In this document: positions 11,701 to 21,458 of the stretch, piece by piece | Position numbering within the stretch: the stretch's first letter is position 1 | Layout: each line of letters starts with the position of its first letter | Assembly (NCBI GenBank): GCA_965116925.1 | Contig: OZ220744.1 | Location: forward strand, 3,488,001 to 3,552,000 | Direction: 5' to 3' | Source of the DNA: Candidatus Poribacteria bacterium | GTDB taxonomy: Bacteria > Poribacteria > WGA-4E > PCPOR2b | DNA: 64,000 nt | Notes under the pieces: model-generated | Databases searched by the model: none | The model's input: only the letters and a program-made list of their open reading frames with translations | Told to the model about the DNA's origin: nothing | Program-made: the position numbers and the translations under genes

Positions 11701-12024
11701 TATTTCGTTGCCGCCTCCTCGGAATCGGATTTCTGCGGTGTGTTCGTTGATTTTGTGAGGTTCTACGATTTGAGCCCGGCGTGCCGAGAAGGATTCGTTA
11801 TTTCCTTTGATAAGGGCGTGTATGTTGAATACTGGCTCAAGGGGCAGGGTGTATGTTTCGTCGGTGAGTTTGTTGTAAAGGTAGGTAATTGCGCCGTAGT
11901 CGAATTGGACTTTATAGTTGTTGGTTTCGACGTAGATAGTTTCACCGTCAATGGTAATGTCGGCGGTGGCGTAGGTGGTGAGTAAAATGACGGACAGACA
12001 CATCAGGCGTATCAGGTTTTTCAT
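8764..12024 (-). CDS. Secreted multidomain protein: glycoside-hydrolase-like barrel, NPCBM-like module, dockerin-like repeat, C-terminal sorting (FlgD-Ig/T9SS-like) domain
   Basis: Signal peptide; DAFHLDTS; DANLDGRINILDL and DTNKDGVVNLLDL; ETKLLPNYPNPFNPDTWIPYQL...GVYFY...RRMVIVK. Confidence 0.7.
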   Translation of the reverse strand: MKNLIRLMCLSVILLTTYATADITIDGETIYVETNNYKVQFDYGAITYLYNKLTDETYTLPLEPVFNIHALIKGNNESFSARRAQIVEPHKINEHTAEIRFRGGGNEIRLLIAIDPNTDELLISGNCASDTPGVYAIQWGIDSLNFSNLRLILPAKSRQVIDTNYAIERELFRYPSSHWEAQLAIVESARGGFYVRGTDNTFQFKELDYGRNPDNSFNLGFRTANHSPWDSLTSAESIIWRFNTYAGDWCVPAQIHRNWMEGAFDPWHLSDVPSWVSDIGLVISHSRLNAELLPNLAEVVDPTKTLLYLTDWRKDRHPINYPDYTPHENFDEFLETARQHGFRVMLHASLHDMGPNHPLYPEFQRFQYRDPWTEKLTGWLWHETDNPERNAHINPASSRWRNLIVQRLKAVWEKYNIDAFHLDTSHYVLNDGNGLIEGLSGAQGNALMHKELAQAMPGVVLGGENLHEVTFFRESFAQRGFTKGPVHPINAYLFSPYTRFYGGIKAPGTRDLLYHPFLDTAESQGFLPSLWINKTEILTEPLVQQILPDVRARQALELTPYFSCNWEPNTLFQYTTQTGEIVTYQRTDSGSVFVLPNTDGFERVNGVTQAQTHRSLPLWRAYNDTTLLGLDPNRYYILDNTPRDFSQPHINSLSPDIYISETRVTDQAALFQLKSTSSDRQTTVGFALPTPPVGSFPDTLRPSGSGQYAFETDLSQPIVIFFGPVQQASLPYNLRDVQFNAGLQLNGIFELGSIHDSGNRRTATIDGIRKETISAYPPDHGQTVIQFPLFLPQKPSTFSFSVGLHEGCSDGVEFQVRLNGQTYFETFKKTFDWTDGSISLSQFAGQPLLLELVTAPGETTICDWAFWADLRISADPNPDANLDGRINILDLITVASSFGEQPPSNPLADTNKDGVVNLLDLVFVAEHLSQNTAAPSQLDLIKSIPSTAKEVIAAQRALTELETIPDKSHGVQIAIELLRHYLAVADRNVQETKLLPNYPNPFNPDTWIPYQLSEESTATVKIYDIRGHLVRTIEVGHKPVGYYLTRERAIYWDGRNEKGESVSSGVYFYTLNTDTYTQTRRMVIVK

Positions 12025-12285
12025 GGTTGCTCCTTTATTGGGTTGGCACATGAATTTATTGGTTCATTTTATCAGATTTCAGGGCGGAAATGGGAAGCAT
12101 TGAATCAATTTTTTCCCTATCTCTCAGAAGGATACCAGAAAGGACAGAGTGAATGCAAATTTGAAAACTTTAGAGTTAAACTAATAGTTTCAAACTGTCA
12201 AAAAAAGATGAGACGTTCAAATTTTTTCTTAATTTTTTTGGGTGATACCATTGAAAAAGAGTTTTTATTGGCGGGAGAGACTCCG

Positions 12286-13275
12286 ATGAAAAAGAGATTG
12301 ACAGCGTTATATCGGCACATTGACACGGAAGTAGACAAGAGCCGTCCCGCAGGGATAGGCAACAACGGCGGTGGGACGACCACGAAGATTTATCACATGC
12401 AACGTGCACTGCCGAACCTTGAGATAATTAACAACATCGAAGAGTCAGGGATGGTCTCTATCGCGGAGATCCTGTGGTTCCATGGGGAAGGTCCCGATCA
12501 TGTGCAGCAGCGGGTGAACGACTGGTCGAATTTGAACGCATTCAAGATACTGATGACCAGCGATGTCGAGCTATTTCGGTTGAATGGCGCGTTGAGGGAA
12601 CAGATAATTGATGGTTCCGATGCGATTGCGTGCCTGACGCAGTACGTTGAACAGATGTTTAAGGCATTCACCCCGAAGGCACAGGTGTTGTATGACCCGA
12701 TTGACATTGATATGTTTAAGCCGCGCCAAAAGAATCGAGAGATTTATAGCGCGGGACAAATTACGCTTGAAAAGAATGTGCAGATGATAGCGGAGATTTT
12801 TCAGGAGATCCCGGCGAAAGCGAATCTGACCAAGACCTATATCGGCAGTAGAAACTTGTGGGCAGGCAATAACCGGCCCGAGGCGAGTGCCAAACTTGAA
12901 GCGGACCTCTCCCAAGTCTGCGATCATCTTGAATCGGAGCTTCCGTACACCGTGATGCCCGAACGGATTGGCGGGATTTGGGGGTATGTTGCGGACACAC
13001 GCTACGACTTCTCATCATACTCAATGACTGAGGCGATGGCGTGCGGGTGTTGGATTTTCACAGGGCGGCATCTGATGTATGATGAAAGGCCCGGCAAGCG
13101 GTTCAACACAAGCAAAGAAGCGGTGCAGCACATTACGGCACAACTGCAAGAGACACCTCCTAAATCTGGCGTCATCAATGAAGAAGCGCGACAGTTTGTA
13201 GTGGATCAGAACAGCTATGAGGCATTCCGCAAGCAGTTCAAAAATATCGTTGGAGGTGTTGGACTTGGACTTTAA
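12286..13275 (+). CDS. GT-B fold glycosyltransferase (GT4-like)
   Basis: YDPIDIDMFKP, EKNV, DFSSYSMTEAMACGC. Confidence 0.7.
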   Translation: MKKRLTALYRHIDTEVDKSRPAGIGNNGGGTTTKIYHMQRALPNLEIINNIEESGMVSIAEILWFHGEGPDHVQQRVNDWSNLNAFKILMTSDVELFRLNGALREQIIDGSDAIACLTQYVEQMFKAFTPKAQVLYDPIDIDMFKPRQKNREIYSAGQITLEKNVQMIAEIFQEIPAKANLTKTYIGSRNLWAGNNRPEASAKLEADLSQVCDHLESELPYTVMPERIGGIWGYVADTRYDFSSYSMTEAMACGCWIFTGRHLMYDERPGKRFNTSKEAVQHITAQLQETPPKSGVINEEARQFVVDQNSYEAFRKQFKNIVGGVGLGL

Positions 13276-13675
13276 CATCAGTGGTAAATATAACGAGTTA
13301 CTGGGGGAATCGTTTTGGATATTGTCTAGCGCGCCTCCCTCCCACAATCTGGCAGTGCGCCTCGAAATGGCTTACGTCGAAGTGCGATCGATGTTCATCA
13401 GCGACAATCCGTTCTTTCTGACGGTATCGACGGGAAGAAAGCCACAGGTGGGACAAATTGTGCCAGGCGTGTTCTTCTGCCCGCCAGAACGGTTTCAATT
13501 TGGCGATCACACATTAATCAATTCCGCATTTTGGGACAAATGCCTGCACGGGAAAGGGTTCGTTGACGCGCTTGCTGCGATCGGCGATCTAATCAAAAAT
13601 GAGGAGATGGGACAGAGCCTTAAACAGTGGGAGCAGCAAGTCGGTTTCCACTGTTTCCAGCTTTTTCCTAATTAA
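13265..13675 (+). CDS. Hypothetical protein
   Basis: TTG start after GGAGG, overlapping the upstream stop codon. Confidence 0.5.
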   Translation: MDFNISGKYNELLGESFWILSSAPPSHNLAVRLEMAYVEVRSMFISDNPFFLTVSTGRKPQVGQIVPGVFFCPPERFQFGDHTLINSAFWDKCLHGKGFVDALAAIGDLIKNEEMGQSLKQWEQQVGFHCFQLFPN

Positions 13676-14385
13676 AATTATGTCAACATTTCTGCGAAGA
13701 TTGGCTGAATCGAGAAATAGGGTGCCCGCTATAGGGTCTGGAACCTATGTAACCTACGGAAACTATAAAATAAGACTGGGTGGATGGACGCGATAAATAG
13801 ATAGACACTTTCGGTCCCCGGTAGGTGCGGTTAGGAAAATGAAACTACTGTTCTTCTGTTTGGTAGGCGCTGTTTCTAACTGCGCCGATGCGGTGCGGTT
13901 ACAAACCGCACCTACCGGGTGGCGCAAGCGTTTCTTTATTTTTTGAATTCACTATAATTCTAAAATCCACTATAGTAGGAGCTACGCACTTCAGATTGTA
14001 TTTTCCCGATTTATCAGTTGCCTTGTAGTTGCCTGATTTATCAGGCGTCTTGTAGTTGCCGCCGGCGATAAATCGCCGAACTACAAGGCGTGAAGCGTTC
14101 AACTGCGTAAGTCCTAGAGCGTGTTGACATTTTGATGCTGCTGATTCGGCAAACGCTGTAATCATCAGGTAAGCTGCTATAAGTAGCGCGAACTGTTAGT
14201 TTGCAGGTTGGATCACAATCTAACAGATCGTGGTACAAAAGTCCGAAATGGTCTCTGACGTGCAAAAAAAGGGTGGGGAGCCCCAACCCCTACGCAGGAT
14301 TATGCGTTTGTGCTCCCTCTTGATAGTCTGATTGCAATGAAATGTCAACAGAACCCAATATATTTAAGGAGGTGTCAGCCACAAA

Positions 14386-15324
14386 ATGAATAAAACAGTT
14401 ACCAAGACCCCACTACGGATCAGTTTTGTCGGTGGAGGCACGGATCTCCCCTCCTTTTACGAGAAACATGGCGGTGCGGTGATTAGCACGGCTATTGATA
14501 AATATGTGACGGTCAAGGTGCAGGAAAACGGGAAAACAGGAAAACGGGAAAACGAGAATCCGATTGTGCAGGAATGTCTGCGTTATGCGGATGTTGATGG
14601 TGTGTCAATCGAGATTGAATCGGATGTGCCTCCGGGTTCAGGGCTTGGTGGTTCAAGTGCACTTACGGTGGGATTATTGAATGCGCTGCATCGGTTCAAG
14701 AATCGGGACATGGATGGGGACTGGAAGCCCTATCCCGAAACGATTGCCCAGCAGGCGTGCGAGATAGAGATTGATCGCCTCGGTAGCCCGATAGGGAAGC
14801 AGGATCAATACAGCGCGGCGTATGGAGGTTTCCGTCGCTTTCGGTTTGAACCGAATGGTGAGGTGGGGATAGAAAGCCTCAAGCCACCCAACGGTTTGGA
14901 TAATTTTCTACTACTTTTCGATACCTGTATTCGTCGCAATGCGAACGATATCCTGACGGAGCAGCAAAAGACGATGAGCGAAAAAACGCTTATGGAGATG
15001 AAGCAGCAAGTGAATCAGATGTATGCGCTGCTACAAATTGGCGATGTTGTTGAGATCGGCTACCTGCTGCACCAGGCGTGGGAGAAGAAAAAATCGTTGA
15101 GTGAACGGATTACCAACAAGCAGATAGACGAAACTTATCGACTTGCTCTTGGTGCCGGCGCGATTGGTGGTAAGGTATTGGGGGCAGGAAACGGCGGCCA
15201 TATACTGTTTGCCGTTCCATTTTCAAGTCAACGCCATGTCATTGATGCGCTTGATGGCCTTGCGAAGCTGGTCCCGTTTCAGTTTGAAAAACAGGGGAGT
15301 TGCCTAGTGTCTCCATCTCAATAA
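14386..15324 (+). CDS. GHMP-family sugar kinase (HddA-like heptose-7-phosphate kinase)
   Basis: TPLRISFVGGGTD, PPGSGLGGSS, IGKQDQY, GGKVLGAGNGG. Confidence 0.9.
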   Translation: MNKTVTKTPLRISFVGGGTDLPSFYEKHGGAVISTAIDKYVTVKVQENGKTGKRENENPIVQECLRYADVDGVSIEIESDVPPGSGLGGSSALTVGLLNALHRFKNRDMDGDWKPYPETIAQQACEIEIDRLGSPIGKQDQYSAAYGGFRRFRFEPNGEVGIESLKPPNGLDNFLLLFDTCIRRNANDILTEQQKTMSEKTLMEMKQQVNQMYALLQIGDVVEIGYLLHQAWEKKKSLSERITNKQIDETYRLALGAGAIGGKVLGAGNGGHILFAVPFSSQRHVIDALDGLAKLVPFQFEKQGSCLVSPSQ

Positions 15325-15408
15325 TGGTGACGAATTTGGCATGAAGTTCGAGTCGGTCAGTTTTGGACAATCGACATGTTCTGTCAAGTAAATGCCAATA
15401 GGACCTAA

Positions 15409-15804
15409 CTATTTATCTTCACCTTGAGTCGGAGTTTGACGGGAGTCGCCGTGCATAAACATGAGATGATTGGTGAAAGCCTCATCAAGCTTACTAAACC
15501 TCACGTTCATTTCACTGCGTAATTCTGTAATTTCATTGCGTAATTCGTTGCGAACGTCCCGAATTTCGTTGCGTAAACCTCCAATTTCGTTGCGAACGTC
15601 TCCAATTTCGTTGCGTAAGCCTCCAATTTCGCTGCGTAATTCGTTGCGAACGTCCCCAATTTCGCTGCGTAAGCCTCCAATTTCGTTGCGTAATTCAGTA
15701 CGCAAATCACTTAAATCCTTTCGGGTAGGGACGCGGGAGAAATATATGATAATATTTAGGATTAAGGCACCGATAGCGATCAACTCGGCAGCTGAAAATT
15801 CCAT
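15409..15804 (-). CDS. Small membrane-anchored coiled-coil protein with heptad repeats
   Basis: N-terminal hydrophobic helix followed by LRNEIGG/VRNE repeats. Confidence 0.7.
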   Translation of the reverse strand: MEFSAAELIAIGALILNIIIYFSRVPTRKDLSDLRTELRNEIGGLRSEIGDVRNELRSEIGGLRNEIGDVRNEIGGLRNEIRDVRNELRNEITELRSEMNVRFSKLDEAFTNHLMFMHGDSRQTPTQGEDK

Positions 15805-16032
15805 GATAAACCTCCTTTTTCAATTATGTAACTTGCCTCTATGATAGCACAATTTGAAAAGTAAATCAACCGAATATCTAAACTGAGCAACACCGCTATT
15901 TATTCAACGCCAAGACGCAAAGGCGCAAGGATTTAATCCTCTGCCACAGCCACCACCATAACAACATAAAAAAAATAGTTGACATCCGTTAAATGATTAG
16001 GTATAATTTCCCCTGATCATACAAAACCAGAC

Positions 16033-16164
16033 GGCTCATGTAAAAAGAAAGTGCAAAACGCGAAGCGAAATCGTAGGGGCGGGGTCTCCCCGCCCGCCGT
16101 AAGGGTTGGGGGACCCAACCCCTACGAATATTCGGTTTCTTTGCACTAAATCTTAACATGAGCG
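16033..16164. mobile_element. MITE (GGCTCATG...CATGAGCG termini) carrying a REP pair
   Basis: Terminal inverted repeats; flanks AACCAGAC/TACCAGAC; near-identical copy at 23532-23663. Confidence 0.75.
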
Positions 16165-16340
16165 TACCAGACGACACCAAATAAAATATCAGCGATGGAT
16201 CTACCCCGGCTGGGGCGGTATCCAGAGGAAGAAAGAGCCCTCTTGATACTGCTCGGGTCGGGGTTTTTTTGTTTAAGGCTCCCGTTCGCTTTGCCATTTA
16301 TGCCACACCCCAATATCTGTCAAAAAATCCGAAAAAATAT

Positions 16341-16458
16341 TGTGGACAACTTTTTTTCAAGTCGAAAACCCGCGCTACGACTACATTCTGAGCGTTAATT
16401 ATTGTGGATAACTTGTGGATAACTCTGTGGATAACTCTGTGGATAACTTTGTGGATAG
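16341..16458 (-). promoter_or_regulatory. DnaA-box cluster
   Basis: TGTGGATAA at 16403, 16414, 16426 and 16438; one-mismatch boxes at 16450 and 16341. Confidence 0.75.
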
Positions 16459-16739
16459 TCCCCAACGAGTAATACGCAATTCCTATCGCGGTAGGAAGGA
16501 ATTCCGATTCCTCCCTGATAAGGGGGGCGGGTCACGCATTTTTTAATGTTTCTCTCCGTGTCCCCTGCGTCTCTGTGGTTAGCTTGAACGATAGAATGTT
16601 CCGAACCTACGCCATTTTTGGCACATTGTGTGCCATTTTTGACAAACTCGCGTCATGAACCAATAAACCCTAAAGTAGCAGGCACACTCCGTGTGCCGTA
16701 ACCCTAATGAACCCCTTGCGTTAAAGGCTCAATCAACTA

Positions 16740-18536
16740 ATGAACCAACTGATGGAAAAATGGGATTTATTCACACAACTAAGCGACCTCTTCACACCGA
16801 TGGACTGCAACCAGCAGGTGGAAGCGTATGACGCATTACTAGCGGACTGCCCCGATGAACAGAAGCCGATACTGACCGAAATCGCAGGCTTCGCTTCGAT
16901 TGCTGTTTTCGCCAAGCTCCACCTGTCCGATTACACCCGGCTGCCCTTCGGGGTGCACCACAAGGCATTCTTTGAGGCGATACCGCGTGGAGAACGGGGA
17001 CAGAAGGTGAATATCCTCGCACCGCGGGGCAGCGGCAAAAGCACGGGGATTACTGTCTTCTATCCAATCCACTGTATCTACTATAAGTATCTGTACGACG
17101 AGTTCGACATGAAGTCCGAGAAATATATCCTGATCCTGTCGCGGTCATACGGGAACGCCATTGACCGGATTAAGGACATCAAATCCGAGATCGAGATGCG
17201 TCCCTCTCTACAGCATCTCAAAGGCGATGACACATGGGGCGAGATGCGATCTATCACCGCAAACGACATCCTGCTCGTACCGCAGAGCCGAGGGGGCAAG
17301 GTGCGTGGCAGTCTTTATAAAGGCTTCCGTCCGACATTGGTGTTGCCCGATGATCTCGACGACATCGACAGCATCAGAAACCCCAACACACTCCAGAAAG
17401 ACGAGGAATGGTTCAACAGTGACCTCATGGAGTGCGGCGATGCGGACACCAACTTTGTATGCGTGGACACCGTCAAGGGCGAGCGAGCCATTGCGAATCA
17501 GCTCCGATATCGACCCGCGTGGCGGAACATTTTTATACAGGCTATCCCGACACCTGACCAGCTTGTGCATCCGGATGCCGAACACCTCTGGCAAGAATAC
17601 AGGAAAATCTATGCCAACACCGCCCTAGAGCCACAAGAACGCTCGATGCAGATGGAGGATTTTTGGACTGAGCATCAGAAAGAGATGAACGCCGGCGTTG
17701 AGGAGACATGGCGCGAGAAATGGACTTACCGGTCCTTGCGGGAGAAGGAGTTTGATCAAGGGCGTGCAGCGATTCTACGGGAATACCAGAACCACCCCGT
17801 GGACAGAGAGTTAGCAATCTTTGACATGGAGAACGCCGTCCGATTCACCGTTGAGAGCGACGGGCTGTTGCGGACAGATGAACGACTGGTGCGCTGGGAA
17901 CACTTGAGCGGGGCGACGATCTTTCTAGACTGGGCGGGCATCAAGGAGAGTCTCGACAACTGTTTTGCCGCGGTCGTGGCGATCCTATGGGAACCTGCGT
18001 ATAAATCCAGCTATTCGGATATGCAGACACTGGGAGCTTACGGCTACGTGCATCAAGTCTGGATGGAACGCGGTTCACGCGGTAAGCAGATCGAGGCGCT
18101 GTGCGATGTATACAGAAACGTCTACGACTTCTTGGCACTGCGTGTGCGAGCACAGTTTAAAGTCCACCTGTGTTGTGAGGACTTCGTGGATACGACCGGA
18201 GATCAGAAAGAAAATTTCCTGAGACATTATGAGAGTATCAGCTCGGCTAAAGAAATTTCGACACCACTTCAGTTTTTGCCACGCCAGCGGAATAAGGAGG
18301 AAAGAATAGCTTCGCTTGAAGCACCCATCGAAAACGGATGGTTGGCATTTCATAAGGAATTGCCAAAGATATTCATGGATCAGATGCGAGAATTCCCGAT
18401 CTGTGATTTCAACGATGGACCTGATAGCTGTGAAGGGGCATGGTCATGCAAAATCATCGAAACAGAAAATGAGCGTCAAGCCAGACGCGACAGAGCAAAT
18501 CAGCGCGTCCAGAGCAGCCGCGTCCTACAATTTTAA
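16740..18536 (+). CDS. terL: Phage terminase large subunit
   Basis: Walker A APRGSGKST, Walker B LVLPDDLDD, REYQNHP, NKEERI, C-terminal nuclease FNDGPDSCEGA. Confidence 0.9.
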   Translation: MNQLMEKWDLFTQLSDLFTPMDCNQQVEAYDALLADCPDEQKPILTEIAGFASIAVFAKLHLSDYTRLPFGVHHKAFFEAIPRGERGQKVNILAPRGSGKSTGITVFYPIHCIYYKYLYDEFDMKSEKYILILSRSYGNAIDRIKDIKSEIEMRPSLQHLKGDDTWGEMRSITANDILLVPQSRGGKVRGSLYKGFRPTLVLPDDLDDIDSIRNPNTLQKDEEWFNSDLMECGDADTNFVCVDTVKGERAIANQLRYRPAWRNIFIQAIPTPDQLVHPDAEHLWQEYRKIYANTALEPQERSMQMEDFWTEHQKEMNAGVEETWREKWTYRSLREKEFDQGRAAILREYQNHPVDRELAIFDMENAVRFTVESDGLLRTDERLVRWEHLSGATIFLDWAGIKESLDNCFAAVVAILWEPAYKSSYSDMQTLGAYGYVHQVWMERGSRGKQIEALCDVYRNVYDFLALRVRAQFKVHLCCEDFVDTTGDQKENFLRHYESISSAKEISTPLQFLPRQRNKEERIASLEAPIENGWLAFHKELPKIFMDQMREFPICDFNDGPDSCEGAWSCKIIETENERQARRDRANQRVQSSRVLQF

Positions 18537-18676
18537 CCCGCGAATCCGCTAATCATTGAAACAGTGACCCCGTAGGTTGGGTTGAGCGATAGCGAAACCC
18601 AACACTATGCCCAATGCACCAATGTCCCTTACGCATCACGCATTACGCATTATCTTGGTTAGGCATCATGTTTCAA

Positions 18677-19165
18677 TTAGGGACGAGGTACCGTCCGAAA
18701 CTTTATCGTCGTGTCGTGTCCCAGCTTCTCGTTGTCCCTGAAGATGATATCGATATGGTATTCCTTATCGTATTCGAGAAGAGTACTTTCAACCGTCCGT
18801 GTCATCCTGATGCAAGAGCCGATGTTGTCGCCAGTGAGTGCAGCGCGAGGGGACCACTTAAGGGACTCCCCATCAAGCAGGAGGTCAGCCTTAAACAGAC
18901 CTAAATCTTCATCAAACTCAAAAAAAATACCGTCCCGATTTAAAGGGACAGGATTTAAAGGGACAGGGTCAGCGCCGGGCTCCTCTGGGAGGACATCGCT
19001 CCTCACAATGTGTGGTGGAGATCGATCTTCACGATTGCCCTCCACAGTGGACAGAGGGTCTTCAGCAACGGGCGAGAGTTTCTCAGCAAAGGGTTCCTCG
19101 ACGACCTCTGTATCGGTGCCACAGCCAAGTATCAGGATAGCGAGAATCAATAACAAGATTTTCAT
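18677..19165 (-). CDS. Lipoprotein with an Ig-like domain (paralog of 20807..21295)
   Basis: Lipobox LILGC; GIFFEFDEDL shared with the paralog. Confidence 0.7.
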   Translation of the reverse strand: MKILLLILAILILGCGTDTEVVEEPFAEKLSPVAEDPLSTVEGNREDRSPPHIVRSDVLPEEPGADPVPLNPVPLNRDGIFFEFDEDLGLFKADLLLDGESLKWSPRAALTGDNIGSCIRMTRTVESTLLEYDKEYHIDIIFRDNEKLGHDTTIKFRTVPRP

Positions 19166-19252
19166 AACGCACCTCCTTATGATAAGACACCCCGTTATAT
19201 CTTATATTGTTGCAGTATGCTTCTATTTTAATCAGGAAAAAGGAGAAATAAA

Positions 19253-19357
19253 ATGCCACTATTTGTACAACCACTTCGTAGATTGAGTCCCTTGGAAGAA
19301 TACGCAGTTAATTCGGTTTTTGGTGGAACAATAGATCCAGGCAAAATGAACCAATGA
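19253..19357 (+). pseudogene. Truncated N-terminus of an HEXXH metallopeptidase-family gene
   Basis: AGGAG RBS, then MPLFVQPLRRLSPLEEYAVNSVFGGTIDPGKMNQ*. Resembles RKLYSWEIDTARNFFGDMID of 34749..35462. Confidence 0.5.
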
Positions 19358-19372
19358 ACTAACTGGAAAGAC

Positions 19373-20178
19373 ATGGCACAAGAGAAACCGTTTGAAAAAT
19401 TGAGACCAAATACGCAGAAAGCGATACGGAACGAGACAAAGCGGAAAATGGAGGGCAGATATCCGCGGACATGGATAGATGCTGCCCTCGGAATTGAGGA
19501 TCCGCCGTGGTGGTGGCAGGGAGTGACATGGCTGCCGGGTCGAGCGGCACCTGCATTCCTAACCGGTATTGGCGAAGGGATAGAAGGCATTGATATAATG
19601 CTCAGTCCGGTCGACACGGCACTAAAGCAGAACTTAGAACTCGCTATCGAAAATGCTGAGAAATACAGAAGGGTGAGGATTTACATAAAGAAATCCATGT
19701 GCAGCTTATCAATAGGGCTCCACAGTTTGAGAAAGTCCGGCTTAAATTGAACCTTCAGGATTTGGTTGATGACTCCGGCGCGTTTATGACATACAGCGAG
19801 GCTAAAAAGCGGTGGGGCGACAAATTAGTAAAAAAAGAATACGATTATTGGTATAATTATGTAGAAACCGCAGAATCTTCCTTTAACCTGACGCCAATCA
19901 AGCCCGTGGAGATTGATGGTGAGATAGTGAGGATGCGGTATCTTGGTGTCAATGGAAGCGACAGTTTTGACGTAATATATGATTACTTGGTTAGAAGGGA
20001 GTGGGACAACGTTATTAAAAAAGAGGAGGACAGGTCGGTGTTACAAGTGATACAGGGCGATGAGATTGGTGAAACATGGTCAGACGATGGGAAAGTTATC
20101 AAGCCGAAAGAAACGCTCGCTGTGTTTGATTTGGACGCGATAAAACGCTTTCCGTACACTGTGGGGGGACAACAATGA
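19373..20178 (+). CDS. Hypothetical protein, probably one frameshifted gene (ORFs 19373..19750 and 19699..20178)
   Basis: Overlapping ORFs in different frames; the second frame is open upstream of its GTG (GEDLHKEIHVQL). Confidence 0.45.
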
Positions 20179-20666
20179 AAATAACAATGAAAGGCTATGT
20201 ACCCTATCCAGAAGAGATTGAAATCGAGCGCAGGACAAATATCACGGACGAAGAAGTTAAAGCAGCCAAGGCACACACGCTAAGAGTAGTTATAGAAACA
20301 GGTTCAAGCTCTGAAGAGTTCAAACGCGCCGCACGCATTGAAGCCGCGCTCGTCTGGAAGCAATACGCGCTGAAGAAAATGAACAACCCAGAACTAAAAA
20401 TGGAAAGGTATGAAGCCTACCCCGAAGAAATTGAAATCTTCCGAAAGCCAGAAATTACGGACGAAGATATTGCAGAAGCCGACGCACAACTGCGAAAGGC
20501 GAGAAAGGAAAAAGGACGAGAATCTGATGAATACCGCCGAGCCGCACGCATCCGGTCCAGTCTCTTCTGGCGCCGATTCGGACTCAAGAATATAGAACGC
20601 GAAAGCGAAGATGAAGATAATACCGATTATGGAGAGTTAGATCGCATTACCGGTGTTAAGAGATAA
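20175..20666 (+). CDS. Hypothetical protein with an internal tandem duplication
   Basis: YPEEIEI...ITDE...RAARI...W...LK occurs twice. Confidence 0.65.
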   Translation: MKITMKGYVPYPEEIEIERRTNITDEEVKAAKAHTLRVVIETGSSSEEFKRAARIEAALVWKQYALKKMNNPELKMERYEAYPEEIEIFRKPEITDEDIAEADAQLRKARKEKGRESDEYRRAARIRSSLFWRRFGLKNIERESEDEDNTDYGELDRITGVKR

Positions 20667-20806
20667 TGACATGGATTAAAAAAGAGAGGGGGCAAGGTAG
20701 TAGGCATACTCCGTATGCCGTAACCTCCGTCCTAATATGGAGAAATAACTCACGTCCGGGGGGCGACTCAATGAACCAATGAACCAATGAACCAACTGAC
20801 TTAAGG

Positions 20807-21295
20807 CTAAGGGATTGTCCAAAACTCGATCTCCAGTTCGAGAACATTACCTGTGTTATCCCCGGCTAGCAGATCGATAAGATACTCCTTTCCGCGTTCG
20901 AGAAAAGGACCGTTGGCTGGCGGGATTAGCGTGATGGAGACGCCGATATCGTTGGCGGAGCGTATCACAGTAGGGCGCCAACCCAGCGACGCTCCATCGA
21001 GCGAGAGGTCAATCACAATCCGATGCAAATCTTCATTGAAATCGAAGAAAATGCCTTCCTTATTTAACCGGTCAGAATTAAAGGAAACCCTTTCATGTTG
21101 GGGGTAGATGTTGCTCTTTATAATCCGTGGTGGATCCAGATCGCCACGCTCCCCCTCCACATTCGGCCCGACTTCGTGAACAACGAATACTCTCGACTCG
21201 GATTCTTCGGCAATAGGCGGAGGTTCCTCAACGACCTCTGTATCGGTGCCGCAACCAAGCATCAGAATAGCAAGAACCAATAACAAGTTTTTCAT
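20807..21295 (-). CDS. Lipoprotein with an Ig-like domain (paralog of 18677..19165)
   Basis: Lipobox LMLGC; CGTDTEVVEEP identical to the paralog. Confidence 0.7.
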   Translation of the reverse strand: MKNLLLVLAILMLGCGTDTEVVEEPPPIAEESESRVFVVHEVGPNVEGERGDLDPPRIIKSNIYPQHERVSFNSDRLNKEGIFFDFNEDLHRIVIDLSLDGASLGWRPTVIRSANDIGVSITLIPPANGPFLERGKEYLIDLLAGDNTGNVLELEIEFWTIP

Positions 21296-21458
21296 GTCGC
21301 ACCTCCTTGCGTCTTATATTGTTGCATAATATTACCACCTTGATCAAGAAAAAATCAGTTACAGCTCGCGCCTCACGCTTTACCGCCTCGTAGGTACAGG
21401 TTTCCTAACCTGTACGAATGAACCAATGAACTAACCAAAAAGGATAGACCAACAAAAA

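Noticed and set aside
15520..15700. Regular short repeats as a CRISPR array (also 23290-23400)
   Set aside because: They are in-frame coding heptad repeats without unique spacers, and no cas genes are present.
16341..16458. Chromosomal oriC
   Set aside because: No dnaA/dnaN/gyrB or other core origin-linked genes nearby; the context is accessory. Not fully excluded.
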